Below, piece by piece: positions 41,416-54,600 of a stretch of DNA of 64,000 nucleotides (its first letter is position 1; the number at the start of each line of letters is the position of its first letter). The DNA comes from Eledone cirrhosa (Eukaryota). Where the stretch lies: the NCBI GenBank assembly GCA_964016885.1, contig OZ024741.1:42346001-42410000 (forward strand). Reading direction: 5' to 3'. Both the position numbers and the translations under genes were made by a program. A model generated the notes under the pieces. It ran no database searches. It saw only the letters and a program-made list of their open reading frames with translations, and was not told the origin of the DNA.

Positions 41416-41473
<58 letters not shown>

Positions 41474-41515
41474 GCATATGAAAACATGGCGTGCTGCGTG
41501 GTTGCAAATGGGTTA

Positions 41516-42072
41516 CATATGAATAAATTTAGTCCTTCACCAGTGATCTGCCAACCTTCATTGGTATTTCATCGCTTTAAAGACAATATACCTCCGGTTG
41601 GTGCGAGCAACGGCTAAAGAAAGTCGTTGGGACACGTAAATAAGGGGAACGAGCGAGACTGTAAACAATCAAAGATGGAAATGCACGGTTGTTCTTTATT
41701 CTCTCTCGTCTACGATTTCACAGAACTTATGTTCACCGATTTCAGGGACTTGACTCCTTCTTCCTCCCGTTTGACCTGCGCGAAATTCTCTCCTTGCTCA
41801 CATTTCGACCAGGTTTGATGGTCTTTATTCTCTCTCGTCCACAATTTCACAGAACTTATGTTCATCGATTTCAGGGACTTGACTCCTTCTTCCTCACTTT
41901 TCGTTGCATTACCATCTTTCATTGTTTACAGTCTCGCTCGTTCCTCTTATTTACGTATCCCAACGACTTTCTTTAGCCGTTGCTCGCACCAACCGGAGGT
42001 ATATGGTCTTTAAAGCGATGAAATACCAATGAAGGTTGGCAGATCACTGATGAAGGACTAAATTTATTCATA
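41516..42072. repeat. ~170-bp inverted repeat enclosing an internal direct duplication
   Basis: 41516-41685 vs 41906-42072; spacer repeats 41693-41767 at 41823-41895. Confidence 0.88.
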
Positions 42073-42122
42073 TATATATGTATATATATACATATACATA
42101 TATATATAAATATATATATGCA

Positions 42123-42276
<154 letters not shown>

Positions 42277-42500
42277 TATATATATGTGTGTGTTCCGGGT
42301 TCAATCGGGGGTAACCACAGTAAGTAAGATACTCAATACATAGTAGAGTACATAATGTTTAATATAGAAATGACTTTTCTAGAGGACTAGAACTGTTTCA
42401 TTCGAAGGAAATCACCAGGAAAGCCCTGTATATACAGATATGCGTCCAGAAATAGCCGTCGAAACGGCTTGAGCTCTGCCGTCGGGGTCTTGAACATTTT

Positions 42501-42562
<62 letters not shown>

Positions 42563-42599
42563 GACGAAGAACAAAACGAGGTTTCACATTGAAGTTTTA

Positions 42600-42990
42600 T
42601 TGATTAGGAACGTTTCACAGATAGGTGGCTCAAGATCCATATTTGAGTTATAGACTCAACTCCAGCTTTAATCTACTCATCAGACGTGTTAATCAAGCAA
42701 AATCAGAATGTCGTTAATGTATACACCGCTATACCATAGTGTGTTAATATTGCTACCTTCCCCAGTAAACCACAAATCTACTGAATCACCTAAACCCACC
42801 CTCTGTCTCTAGAGGGGCTAAAAACTAGCATCGCTCGATTCTTTTTCAATGCACTAGATAAATGTTTCCCCAAATCATATTGACACAGCAAGATATTTAA
42901 TAGGCACACAGTTAAGCTACCATACTCAACCACAAAAAAAACCTAGCCCAAAACATAGCCAAGATTAACAATAACAATTTTAAGATTCAA
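42600..42990 (+). mobile_element. PLE fragment: inverted hammerhead-bearing pLTR (42600-42695, -) joined to degenerate ORF (42793-42985, +)
   Basis: NPP...LKTSIARFFFNALDKCFPKSY*HSKIFNRHTVKLPYS resembles the PLE post-RT motif FNPP..KT.I...F...LDK.FP...HKIFNR.TVK.SYS. Minus strand has CTGATGA...GAAACGTT...AATAAA. Confidence 0.72.
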
Positions 42991-43212
42991 CATATTCCAA
43001 ACGCGAGTGCGACTGCACTTGCCCACGAATATTACAGAAATAACCCGAGGAAATATGGTAATAGACCAAAGAGTCACAACTCCATTCAACCGTGATAGAT
43101 ATGCAACTAGACCTATAAACATTTAAACTATAATAAAGTAAGAAGCCCGGGACTGCGTACGGTTTATAATTTTTTATCCCATTAGTAAAATAAGTTGGAT
43201 TACTTTGAATAA

Positions 43213-44777
43213 ATAATTGTTTCTACTTTAGGAACAAGGCCAGCAATTACCCAGTACATTACTGGTACTTTATTTTATCGACCCCGTAAGGATGAAAGGC
43301 AAAGTTAACCTTGGCGGGATTTGAACTCAGACCGTAAAGGGACGTAACTATGCTAGGAAGCATGGCGTCCAACCCTCTACCGATACTGCCAATGAATAAA
43401 TAATGAATGAATATTACATAATTTATCTACTAAATTTCATGATGGTTCATTAAATATATTTTATTATTTATTTAACGATTCACTTCTTTAACATTTTCAA
43501 ATGTCAACACTTCCGGTAGCGATCGCTTAAATAAACATCCATATATTTCCGTCACTAATTTTCTCCTAATGCAGTTTATAATATCGTCTTTTTTACATGT
43601 ATCATGGATTACGTTACTGATTACATAAGACAGTGTAACACAGTCTTCGTTCAATTTCTGTGTATATTGTCAATTACGATTTTATTTGACGTATCATATC
43701 AACATGTATATATATTTGGGTATAATATCAATATACACTCTATACATGCTAGCAGAAAACCACTCTGAGGGTGGATTTTCAGCTAGTAATCATAACAAAA
43801 CACACAATAACAATATTAATTGTAAGTCGATTAAATAGACACCAATGCGTGACTAGTACTTTATTTCATCGACGTCGTAGGTGTGAAAGGGAAAGCTAAC
43901 TTCGGCGAGATTTGAACCCAGAAGGTAAAGGGCCGTAACTCTATGTCACAAAGCATGTTGGTCAACGCTCTACTGATTCTGCCAGTCAACCACCCAATAC
44001 TGATAATAATGGTTTCTGATTTAGGCACAAGGCCAACAAATTTGTGGGGAGAGGAAAGGTAAAACTAACCTCGGTGGGATTTGAACTCAGAATGTGAAGA
44101 ATATGGATTTCTGATTTAAGCACGAGGCAAGCAATATTTAGGGGAGGGGAAAGTCGCGACTGATACTTTATTTTATCGACCTCATAAGGCTGAAAGGCAA
44201 AGCTAAGCTGAACGGGATTTGAATTAAGAACGTAAAGGGTGGTAACTTTATGCCTTGAAGCAGGGTGTTCGATGCTCAACCGATTCTGCCCAAATGAATT
44301 CATCAGCCTAATTCTAGCCCCTTGTAAATCGAAGCGGCTAACCTTTACTTAATAATTTGACACCTTAGTCCAACGACCTAATAATACCATAGGGCACTAT
44401 CTACCACCCCTTGCCTGACTTTAGACACCGTTTTGTACATCATATACTCGTTTGTAGCCGAACTGCTAACATCGTGTTCCAAACTATGGTCAGCATATCA
44501 AAAAAAAAAAAAAAAAAACTATCACACCATAATACCCGTCTGATGAAAACACATCAAATGATTCTTATGCAACCACTTTGATGTCTTGAAAATGCGCATA
44601 ACAGGATTATATAATAAACACCGGATATATAATAAACCATCTCCCGTTTTATATAATCTTCACACTCCGTCTGATCCCTTATAGGTAATACCTTAAAGCA
44701 CCCACGCTGTGGAGTGCTTACGTCAGTTAACACCTTAATCGGTCGATTAATTGATCAACCAACATTTCTTTACTTGG

Positions 44778-44834
<57 letters not shown>

Positions 44835-45355
44835 TATTTATTTATTAAAATAACAGATTAAAGTTTAAGCAAAGAAACGCTGCTTTCACCCTTAACGGGA
44901 TCTTCTGAAACTAAAAAAATCAATCTGTGATCGCAAAAGTAAATATTTCGAAAAACGTTGCAACCGAAGGAAAACAGGAAGACGATACTTTGGTTCGTAA
45001 AGACGTTCCCTGGCAATGCACGGAAAAAAGCGAAGATAATACGTCGTTAACGTCGTTATGTGGAGCGACGAGAACATATACACGAAAAGACAAATCCACG
45101 TTTATGATATAAATGGAGTCGTAGACTAATATTCTATTTAGAAAGCCGAATGATTCTCGGCTTCGGAGTTAAGAATAATTGTTTCTACTTTTAGCAGAAG
45201 CCCAGCAAATTACCCAGTACATTACTGGTACTTTATTTTATCGACCCCGTAAGGATGAAAGGCAAAGTTAACCTCGAAGGGGTTTGAACTCAGACCGTAA
45301 ATGGACGTAACTATGCTAGAAAGCATGGCGTCCAACCCTGTACCGATACTGCCAG
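43213..45355 (-). mobile_element. Meta-core SINE copies (43213-43393, 43825-43995, 44005-44292, 45175-45355)
   Basis: Same consensus. Confidence 0.8.
44535..44605 (+). ncRNA. Hammerhead motif (related to the 16557 family)
   Basis: cccgt-CTGATGA-aaacacatcaaa...tttgatgtctt-GAAA(A)-TGCGCA-TA-acagg then AATAAA. Confidence 0.65.
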
Positions 45356-45511
45356 TAAATAAATTAGTAGAACGAAAGTGACAGAGGTTATTAAAATCAT
45401 AAAAGTAATAATAATAAATATATACATACACGGATCAATATACGTACATATAGTTGCATACGCGAAAACACCCGCCCTTTGGATTTTAGTCTTCACATTT
45501 ATTATTATTAC

Positions 45512-45587
<76 letters not shown>

Positions 45588-47281
45588 AATATGGGGAGAA
45601 GAATACTGCATGGTTGCACATGGATTACATATTATAAAATTAGTCCCTCATCAGTGATTTGCCAACGATCATTGGTATTTCATCGCATTAAAAATCATAT
45701 ACCTCACGTTGGTGCGAGCAATAACTAAAATAAGTTATTGGGACAAGTGAAACGCGTAAAGCGAGTGAGACAAGTAAGCAACACAGGGGAAAGCTAACCG
45801 AAGATGGAAAGAAAAACAAGCAACATGGTTATTCGGTCAGCATAAACTGGGTGAATTCATGAGCGTGTAAGAAAAAGACCTTTCGCTTGTGAATTCGATG
45901 TGAGAAAGAAGGAAAATCGGATTCGTAGCGAACGGGAGGAAGTGAGAAGGGGAGAAACAGAGAGTGAGTGACTGGAAGTGCGAGGAAGAGGTCAGTAGAG
46001 AGAAAGTGTTAACTGACATGACAGAGGGGACGAAAGAAAGTAAGAGAAACAGAGAGAACGAGGGAGCAGTAAGAGAGAAAGAGAGAAACATAGAATCGCA
46101 GTAAATATATGAAAAATATATATATATATATACGATATTAACAAATGGAAACTATATTTATAAAACCATATCTATTTTATTATACATATTTCAAGGATAC
46201 CATGTTAAATTATGGTATGCTTTCATCAGACAAAATACAATATATACCAGTTTTATAAATACATTTTGACATACCCTTTCAAAATGCAACCGTTACTTTT
46301 GGAAGACATCAGGGATATTGGATTCGTTTATCTTAGTAAGTCATTGTGTTACGGAGAAGGAAAAAAGACGGAGAGAGAGAAAAACCGAGAGAGAGAAAAG
46401 TGGAGAAAGAAAGGGAGATATAAAGAAAGAAAAAGAGAAAAAAGAAAAAACAAAATAGAAAAACGAGAGAGAGATACCAAAACACCAGACAGAGAGAAAA
46501 AAATCAAGAGAGGGAAATATAGAGATAGAGAGAGGGGGAGAGAACGAAATCCTTAAGTCATGTCATATTAAGTTAAGTTAACAATTGAGAAGAAAAAAAT
46601 AAATAAAATTTGAAATATTAATATTCATGAATGGAATATACAGATATAATATGAGAAATTAATCATTGTTTAACTATGATTAGATATTTAGTTTAAAAGT
46701 TGAGATCAATATATTAAAAATTGGAATTTAAACATTAAGAAATCTATATATTGCTAGAGAAAATTAACTATCATATAACACGTACACACACGCAAAAATA
46801 CACATAAATATATATATATATACACACTCAGAAGATACACATTATATCTACTCCCGTATATAATATATACATACAAAGCATAAATGATTTTTTTAATTAT
46901 TAATGTTATACATCCCTTGTGTTATTAAATAACATTTTTAATATATATATATAAAAATATATAGGATTAGCTTTCATGCATTTATGGTTGTTAAATTATG
47001 CCTATCTGCATTGTATGGGTACACAATACATGTACACACACAATTCATATACATATATACACATGTGTGTGCATCCTCACCCAATTGGTAGACACGCGTC
47101 ACTCATGCATATATACAGAGAGACATATATTCATAAAAATGCATATACAGTTTCCATTTGTAGTTCCATATATAGTTTCCATTTGTTAATATCGTATATT
47201 TACTCCAAATACTTGTCGAGTGCTTTATATCAGTTATAAACATATTTGCTTGTTGTATCCCAACAATTTAAATAGAACTTT

Positions 47282-47331
<50 letters not shown>

Positions 47332-47415
47332 AAAGGTAAACAGAAATAACAACACAATCGGTACCGTATATAGAAGGTATATATTAGGTTAACGCTTGAT
47401 ATAGCAGGAAGAGGG

Positions 47416-47451
47416 TCTTAACGTTTCGGACGAGAGTCCTTAATCAGAAGA
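47416..47451 (-). ncRNA. Minimal hammerhead motif with G8T lesion
   Basis: TCTT-CTGATTA-aGGAC tctc GTCC-GAAACGTT-AAGA. Confidence 0.55.
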
Positions 47452-47611
47452 AAGAATGAGGAATAAAATAGATTGAGGGGACGGGCGGGATGGAATTGGA
47501 AAAAATGGCTTTAGATAAACATAACAGGTCCATTCATGTTGACATCTCTTGCAAAACTGTTGGTGCTGGCGTTTTGTGTATGATTTTTTTTTTTTAGAAA
47601 AGTGTATGCGC

Positions 47612-47654
<43 letters not shown>

Positions 47655-47979
47655 CATACGTATATAAACACACACACACACCCATCCACACACACATATA
47701 TATATAAAGCTGTGTATCACAGCTGGGAAATGTAATAATCAGTCATATTTAATGAAGCTAACAGTGTAAACAACATTCTACTTCATGCAGGGTGGCTTTA
47801 CTCGATTTATTATATAACTATTATTTATAGTTAGCAATTATCATTATACTTATCTGCAATGTGGTGAGGTTTATAAAAATATCTATACGTAATTACATAC
47901 ACTCTACACACATACACACCTATACACACCCACACACACTAACACACACACAAAGACACATATACCCCCGCGCATACAC

Positions 47980-48079
<100 letters not shown>

Positions 48080-48489
48080 GTATAGTTAAGGCTGCCTACT
48101 CGTCTTTGTGAACCGATAATAACTTTTGATCAATTCAGTTATAGAATCAGCAAAACGAAAATTCGTTAGTGTTAATGTATATCTATTTTCATAAGAAGCA
48201 AAGGATTTCAAATTTTCAGTCGACCAAAAATGAAATAAAATTACGCAAGCTGTTGGTGGTGAACGTGATCTTTGTGGTAACTATGGTGAGAAATGTGAAG
48301 CTTCTCAGCAACGCATAATAAAGAGGAAGCTAACTAATCACAGAGTGATTAAGAGAGTTTATAGTTTCAGTGTGAAGAAAATAATAAAATTCCCTCGTTG
48401 CCAATTTGAGAAAATAACATGGGAATATACCCGGAGGATACTTTCACATATTTAGACTTTTAGGCTCCTTCAAGCATATATGAATCCCG

Positions 48490-48490
48490 A

Positions 48491-48564
<74 letters not shown>
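48490..48564 (+). repeat. (TATC)n microsatellite at the 5' flank of the second Tx1 cluster
   Basis: Perfect run seen directly. Confidence 0.98.
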
Positions 48565-48565
<1 letters not shown>

Positions 48566-51527
48566 TTCCCGACTGCACTACAGTGGACGTGGGAAAAACG
48601 CAGCGGGACATCTAGATCGTATTTAGATAGGTTCTCCATTAGAGAAAGGGACAAGGAGATGTTAAGCTGTCCACGAATGCACATGGTTGCCTATTCAGAT
48701 CACAAATTAGTCGTCTGCTTAGTCAACCGTGATAGAACACATAAACAAGGACCCGGATACTGGAAGCTGAACGTGTCGTTGCCGGCACGTAAAGCTTACA
48801 GTGAACGGATAAGTAGACTAGTCAAGCAACAGTTAACAGGAGCCATCGTCAACAATAGATGGTGGTACTCGCTCAAGAAAGCAATTAGAATAGAATCGAT
48901 AGGGTTTAGCAGAGAGTTAGCTTTAGAGAAAAACAAACTAGAAAGAGAACTAATAGCCAAGGTAGAGGAGGCACTTAGAAGTGGCAATGCGGCTAGAGTG
49001 TTAGCGTCGAGAACGGCACTGGACCAGTTCTTCGATGCGAAACACGAAGGCTGCGTGGTCAGAAGCAAAACACGTGCTCTAGGAAATGAAGGAGCGAAAG
49101 CTGTCAGCTGGGCCCGAGTCGCGGCAGCAAAAAGTGGCAACAAGTCCACGATTCGGTCTTTGAAAGATCAAAACGGACGCGTGCTACTTGAACCCAAGCA
49201 AATGTGCGCGGCCTTTCAGCAGCACTTTGCGCGACGGTTTGAGCAGAACGACGGTTAGCTGAACGTGGCAATGGACTTTAGTTCATACCTCGACGGCCTG
49301 CCGCGTCTCTCGAACATGGACGCCGAGTTCTGCGATAGACCAATCACGGACACTAAGATACGGGACGCTCTGGGCCGCTGCGGGAAACGCAAGTCACCTG
49401 GTCTAGATGGTCTACCCTATGAGTTTTACATAGGCATACCGGACTTGTTCTCTGGCGTCCTCGAAGCCGTCTATTGCAATTGGCAGCAGAACGGGAGAAT
49501 TCCCAGTTCTGCAGGCAAGGGCGTAGTAACGCTAATCAGGAAAGACGAGAACAAGGGGGACGAAATTAACAACTTCAGGCCCATAATTCTGCTCAACACA
49601 GAGTTAAAGATTTTGGCCAAGGTGCTAGCGACGAGGTTGGCGCTTGTCGTCGAGAACCTGGTAGGGAAAGCGCAAACGTGTGCAATCCCGACCAGGTCCA
49701 TACACGACAACCTCTATCTCATGCGATACATGATAGAGAGGGTGGGTAGTAAACCCGGCTTCGGTGGGACTCTGGTCAATTTGGATCAGTCTAAGGCATT
49801 CGATAGGGTCGACCATCGATATTTGGAAGCGGTTCTCAAGGCGGCCGGTTTGGGTCCCGTGTTCAGAGGCTGGATCAAGGCGATGCACACCAGCATCTGC
49901 TCGAGGATCAAGGTGAACGGCTACCTATCGGAGCCGTTCGCAATCACGCGTTCCATTCGACAGGGGTGCCCTCTCTCCCCCATTCTGTATGTATTGACTC
50001 TAGAGCCACTACTGCAGAAATTGGAGCTGTTGCAGGGCATCCCACTAGAACCGGGACTGCGCAAAGCGGTGTCGGCTTATGCCGACAACGTGACGGTAAT
50101 GGTGTCGAGCACATCGGAAATCGGGGTGATCGGCTACTTACTGAAAGAATACGAAACGCCCACGGGAGCAAAACTATACCCGGACAAGTCTGTCGGTTTG
50201 CAACTCGGTACGTTTAGAGGCAACCGATGACACCCGACAGCGTCGTTGGACACTGGACGGACGGACCGGTGAAATTGCTCGGGGTCTGGTTCGGTCCAGA
50301 CCTCCAGGTAGAGAAAAACTGGAACGAGGTCACGGCCAAGGTGTTTGCACTCACCCAGAAGTGGGCAGAGTGCAAACTGTCCTTAAAAGGTCGAGCGGAG
50401 GTGGCGAACACTTTCATAGCGTCCGTCATCTACTACCGCTTGACTGTCGTGCCTTGTCCCCGTGAACACCTCGCCAAGATGGAACGCATGCTCTTCCAGT
50501 TTCTGTGGAAGAAGCAGGCTCCGCTGGTGAGGAGATCCGTCTGCTGTGAACGCCCTTCCAACGGAGGGCTGGGAATGCCGTGGCTGATGATGCGCTTAGG
50601 CGCTCACAGTCCTCTGGCAAGCGGGCGCAACAATCAGTGGAGACTCCACTTCGACATTCTATAGAGGGATTGTATGTTACAAGGGCGACGACGTGCTCGG
50701 ATAGACTCTGGGCGTCGAAGACGATGAGCTCACCAGTCTGTTTAGTAGGACTTTCCGCCCGGGACCTATGGACAAAACTAGAGGCCCCTGGCCTGGCAGT
50801 GCTACCAGGGAGCTCTACCGGTTCGTGACAAGGTCTACAGGCACGAACGCCCCGGCAGGGATCCTTCCAAGAGGACGTGTCCAAGATGCGCGCAGGACAT
50901 TTAAACAGTCCTGCACGCAATTGTACACTGCCCGGGCATAACCGACGGGTGGAACTATGCAGAACAACTGCTGTCGCGTATGGGACAAATCCAGTTGACT
51001 GCCAAGTCCATAGTAAGGATCAAACCACCAGCCTCTTTCAAAAACGAAATAGAGGCGGTTTTCCCCTGTACAGTGGCTATGGTGAAAGAAGTTATATGGT
51101 GGACGAGATTGAGAGGACTGAGGACAGATGCCTTTCTCTCCGGACAACAATTGATTCCCTTCTTTAAGTATCACTTTAGAAGGAGAATCAGAGTGGAGAG
51201 AGAGGCACTGCACCCAAGTAAATTTACTGAAAGGTGGGTGAATGAAGCGAAAATGGCCCGAGTGATTGGGCCTTCTCTGTTTATAAGCCTTTAGGTTAAA
51301 GAAGAGAGCAAAAGGAAGAAAGGAGCACTTGCAAAACACGCTCCTGGAGTTGAGAGTTCTTCTATCGACGGGGTATTAAACAATCCATTTGTGGCGCTCC
51401 CCGACTATTGGGGATTTCGATTGTTGTAATTGTTTGTTTTATAATTTTTACACGACTGTATGTAAAATCCCCGGCATGTCTCTGTATTGTCCCCTTTTCT
51501 TGTGAGCCCTTGTGGCAAATAAAGAAA
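48565..51527 (+). mobile_element. Tx1-like copy C, 5'-truncated within the APE domain, third subfamily, decayed ORF2
   Basis: ORF pieces 48659-49258, 49265-50230, 50227-50664, 50980-51294; YADN lesion; ends AATAAAGAAA-TCTATC. Confidence 0.93.
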
Positions 51528-51568
51528 TCTATCTATCTATTTATTATCTCGTTTATCTGTTCATCTCC

Positions 51569-51603
<35 letters not shown>

Positions 51604-54600
51604 AAAAACAAACACAACACAAGAAAATTACACTTACACTTACATAAACACTGAAAACAAAACACTAATGGAGACCATTACGAACGACCCTTCGGTTTTC
51701 ACCGAAGGGAAAACTTTCGCCCACTCTATAAAAAATAGCAAAAAAATGAACCTAAAACTGATTAGGGTCCCTATACAAACTTATAGGTCCCTAAAAGAAA
51801 CATTTGAGAAGGATGTGGGGAATTCCTGCGTGAAACCACTCAACCGCGTCCTTCTCAAATGCCTCCCCACCCCAGACACCCCCATTCCACCAGACCCCAC
51901 CCCACCAAACATCTGCGTCCCCACCCCGCCGGAAACCACCACCCATCCAGACAACCCCTCCAACACCCCCATGGAAATCGTGCGGCCTGGTCCCCAGGAG
52001 GCGAAGGGTGAGTGATCTCTTTTCCTCTTTTAACTTTTCAGCACCAACATGGCCAATATAAGAGTTGGATGTGTGAACGTACGCGGCCTGGGGATGCCCT
52101 GGAAACAGGGCAAACTCTTAAACGACCTCAGGTCGCACAGTTTGGATGTGGTAGCCATTTGCGAGTCCAGGATCCACGGCGAGCGACAGCTGGCCCCCAT
52201 CTTCGATGACTTTGAGATCTACGCATCTCTCTGTCAACCGGGGGGTGGGGGCGGAGTTGCCGTTTTGCTGCGGAAACACCTGGGCCTCGTAACACAGACG
52301 GTACATCTGGACCCGGAGGGTCGACTGGTGGTCCTAGACGTTGACGGTAGTGAAGGTGGAGCGTTCAGGCTGGTGGCCGCATATGCCCCATCCGGGACAC
52401 CGCGGCCAGACTTCTTCAAACGTCTAGAGACTTTTCTGGGAACGTCCCGCTCCTTGCTTTTAGTGGGGGACTGGAATGGAATCCTAGATGCACGTTGGGA
52501 CTATGTGGGAGCATGTCCCGATAAAGGGGGGTGTAACAGCCTCAAACAGTTAATCGACCGATTTGACCTGGCCGATAGATATCGACTAGATTTTCCGACT
52601 GCGCCACTGTGGACGTGGAGTAATCGTAGCGGAACATCTAGATCGTACCTAGATAGGGTTCTAGTTAGAAATAAGGATAGGGACATGTTAAGCTGTCCAC
52701 AAATGTTCATGGTTGCCTATTCAGATCACAAACTAGTGACCTGCATGGCCAACCTTGATAGAACCCATAGACAAGGACCCGGCTACTGGAAGCTGAACTT
52801 GTCGTTACCGACAAGCAAAGCCTACAGTAGACGGATTAGCACTTTAGTTAAACAGCACTTGACAGGGGCCATTGTCAACAACAGATGGTGGTACTCTCTC
52901 AAGAGGGCAGTTAGATTAGACTCGATAGTTTTTAGTAAAGAATTAGCGTTAGATAGAAATAGAACCGAGAAGGAACTGGTAGATAAAGTAGAAGAGGCTA
53001 TTAGAAGTGGCAACGTAGCGAGCGTGCTAGCAACGAGAACGGCCTTGGACCAGTTCTTCGACGCAAAGCACGAGGGCTGCGTTGTCAGAAGCAAAATACG
53101 TGCTCTGGGAAACGAGGGAGCCAAAGCTGTTAGCTGGGCCCGAGTGACGGAGGCAAAAAGTGGCAACAAGTCCACGATTCGGTCTTTGAAGGACCAAAAC
53201 GGACGCGTGATACGTGAGCCGAAGCAGATGTGTGCGGCTTTTCAGCGGCACTTTGCTCGGCTGTTCGGGGGGAGCGGCGCGCCGGGAGAGGCTATGGATT
53301 TCGGTCCATACCTCGACGGCCTACCGCGACTCTCGGACAGCGAGGCGAAGTTCTGCGAAAAGCCGATTTCAGCCACTGAGATAGGGGACGCGCTGAGCCA
53401 ATGCGGCAAACGCAAATCTCCAGGTCTCGACGGTCTACCCTACGAATTTTACGTAGCAATGCCGGACTTATTCTCCGGTCTCCTGGAAGCGGTCTACTGC
53501 AACTGGCAACAGAACGGGAGAATTCCCAATTCTGTAACCGGGGGCGTGGTCACACTAATCAGGAAGGACGAGAATAAGGGGGATGACATAGGCAACTTCC
53601 GGCCCATAACTCTGCTAAACACAGAGTTACAGATTTTGGCCAAGGTGTTGGCAAAGAGGCTGGCGCTTGTCGTCGAGAACCTGGTGGGAGAAGCGCAGAC
53701 ATGCGCGATCCCGACCAGGTCCATACACGACAACCTCCACCTCATGCGATACATCATAGAGAGGGTAGGGTGTAAACCCGGCTTCGGTGGGGCCCTGATC
53801 AACTTGGATCAGTCTAAGGCTTTCGATAGGGTTGACCATCGTTACCTGGATGCGGTGCTCGAGGCGGCAGGCTTCGGACCCGTGTTCAGGGGCTGGATTG
53901 CTGCAATGCACAACAGCAACATCTGCTCAAGGGTCAAGGTGAACGGTTACCTCTCGGAGCCGTTCCATATTACGCGATCCATTCGACAGGGATGCCCTCT
54001 CTCCTCCCTTCTGTACGTACTGACTCTCGAGCCACTACTGCGGAAGCTGGAGCTATTGCAGGGCATCCCTCTGGAACCGGGACTGCGGAAAGCGGCGTCG
54101 GCCTACGCCGACGACGTGACAGTAATGGTGTCGAGCGCCTCGCAAATCGAGGAAGTCGGCACCTTACTAAAGGAATACGAAAGTCTCACAGGAGCGAAGC
54201 TGAACCGGGACAAGTCCATCGGTTTGCAACTCGGATCGTGGAGAGGCAGACCGATGCCTTCCGATGGCGTCGTCGGACGCTGGACGGAAGGACCGGTAAA
54301 GCTGCTCGGGGTCTGGTTTGGTCCGGACCTCCAGGTGGAGAAGAACTGGAACGAAGTGACGGCCAAGGTGTTTGCACTCACCCAGAAGTGGGCCGAGTGC
54401 AAACTATCCTTGAAAGGTCGAGCGGAGGTGGCGAACACTTTTATAGCGTCCGCCATCTACTACCGCTTGACCGTCGTGCCTTGTCCAGCCAAAACGCTCG
54501 CCAAAATGGAGCGCGCCCTCTTCCGATTCCTTTGGAAGAGGCGGGCTCCTTTGGTAAGAAGATCCATCTGCTGCCAACACCCTTCTAACGGAGGGCTGGG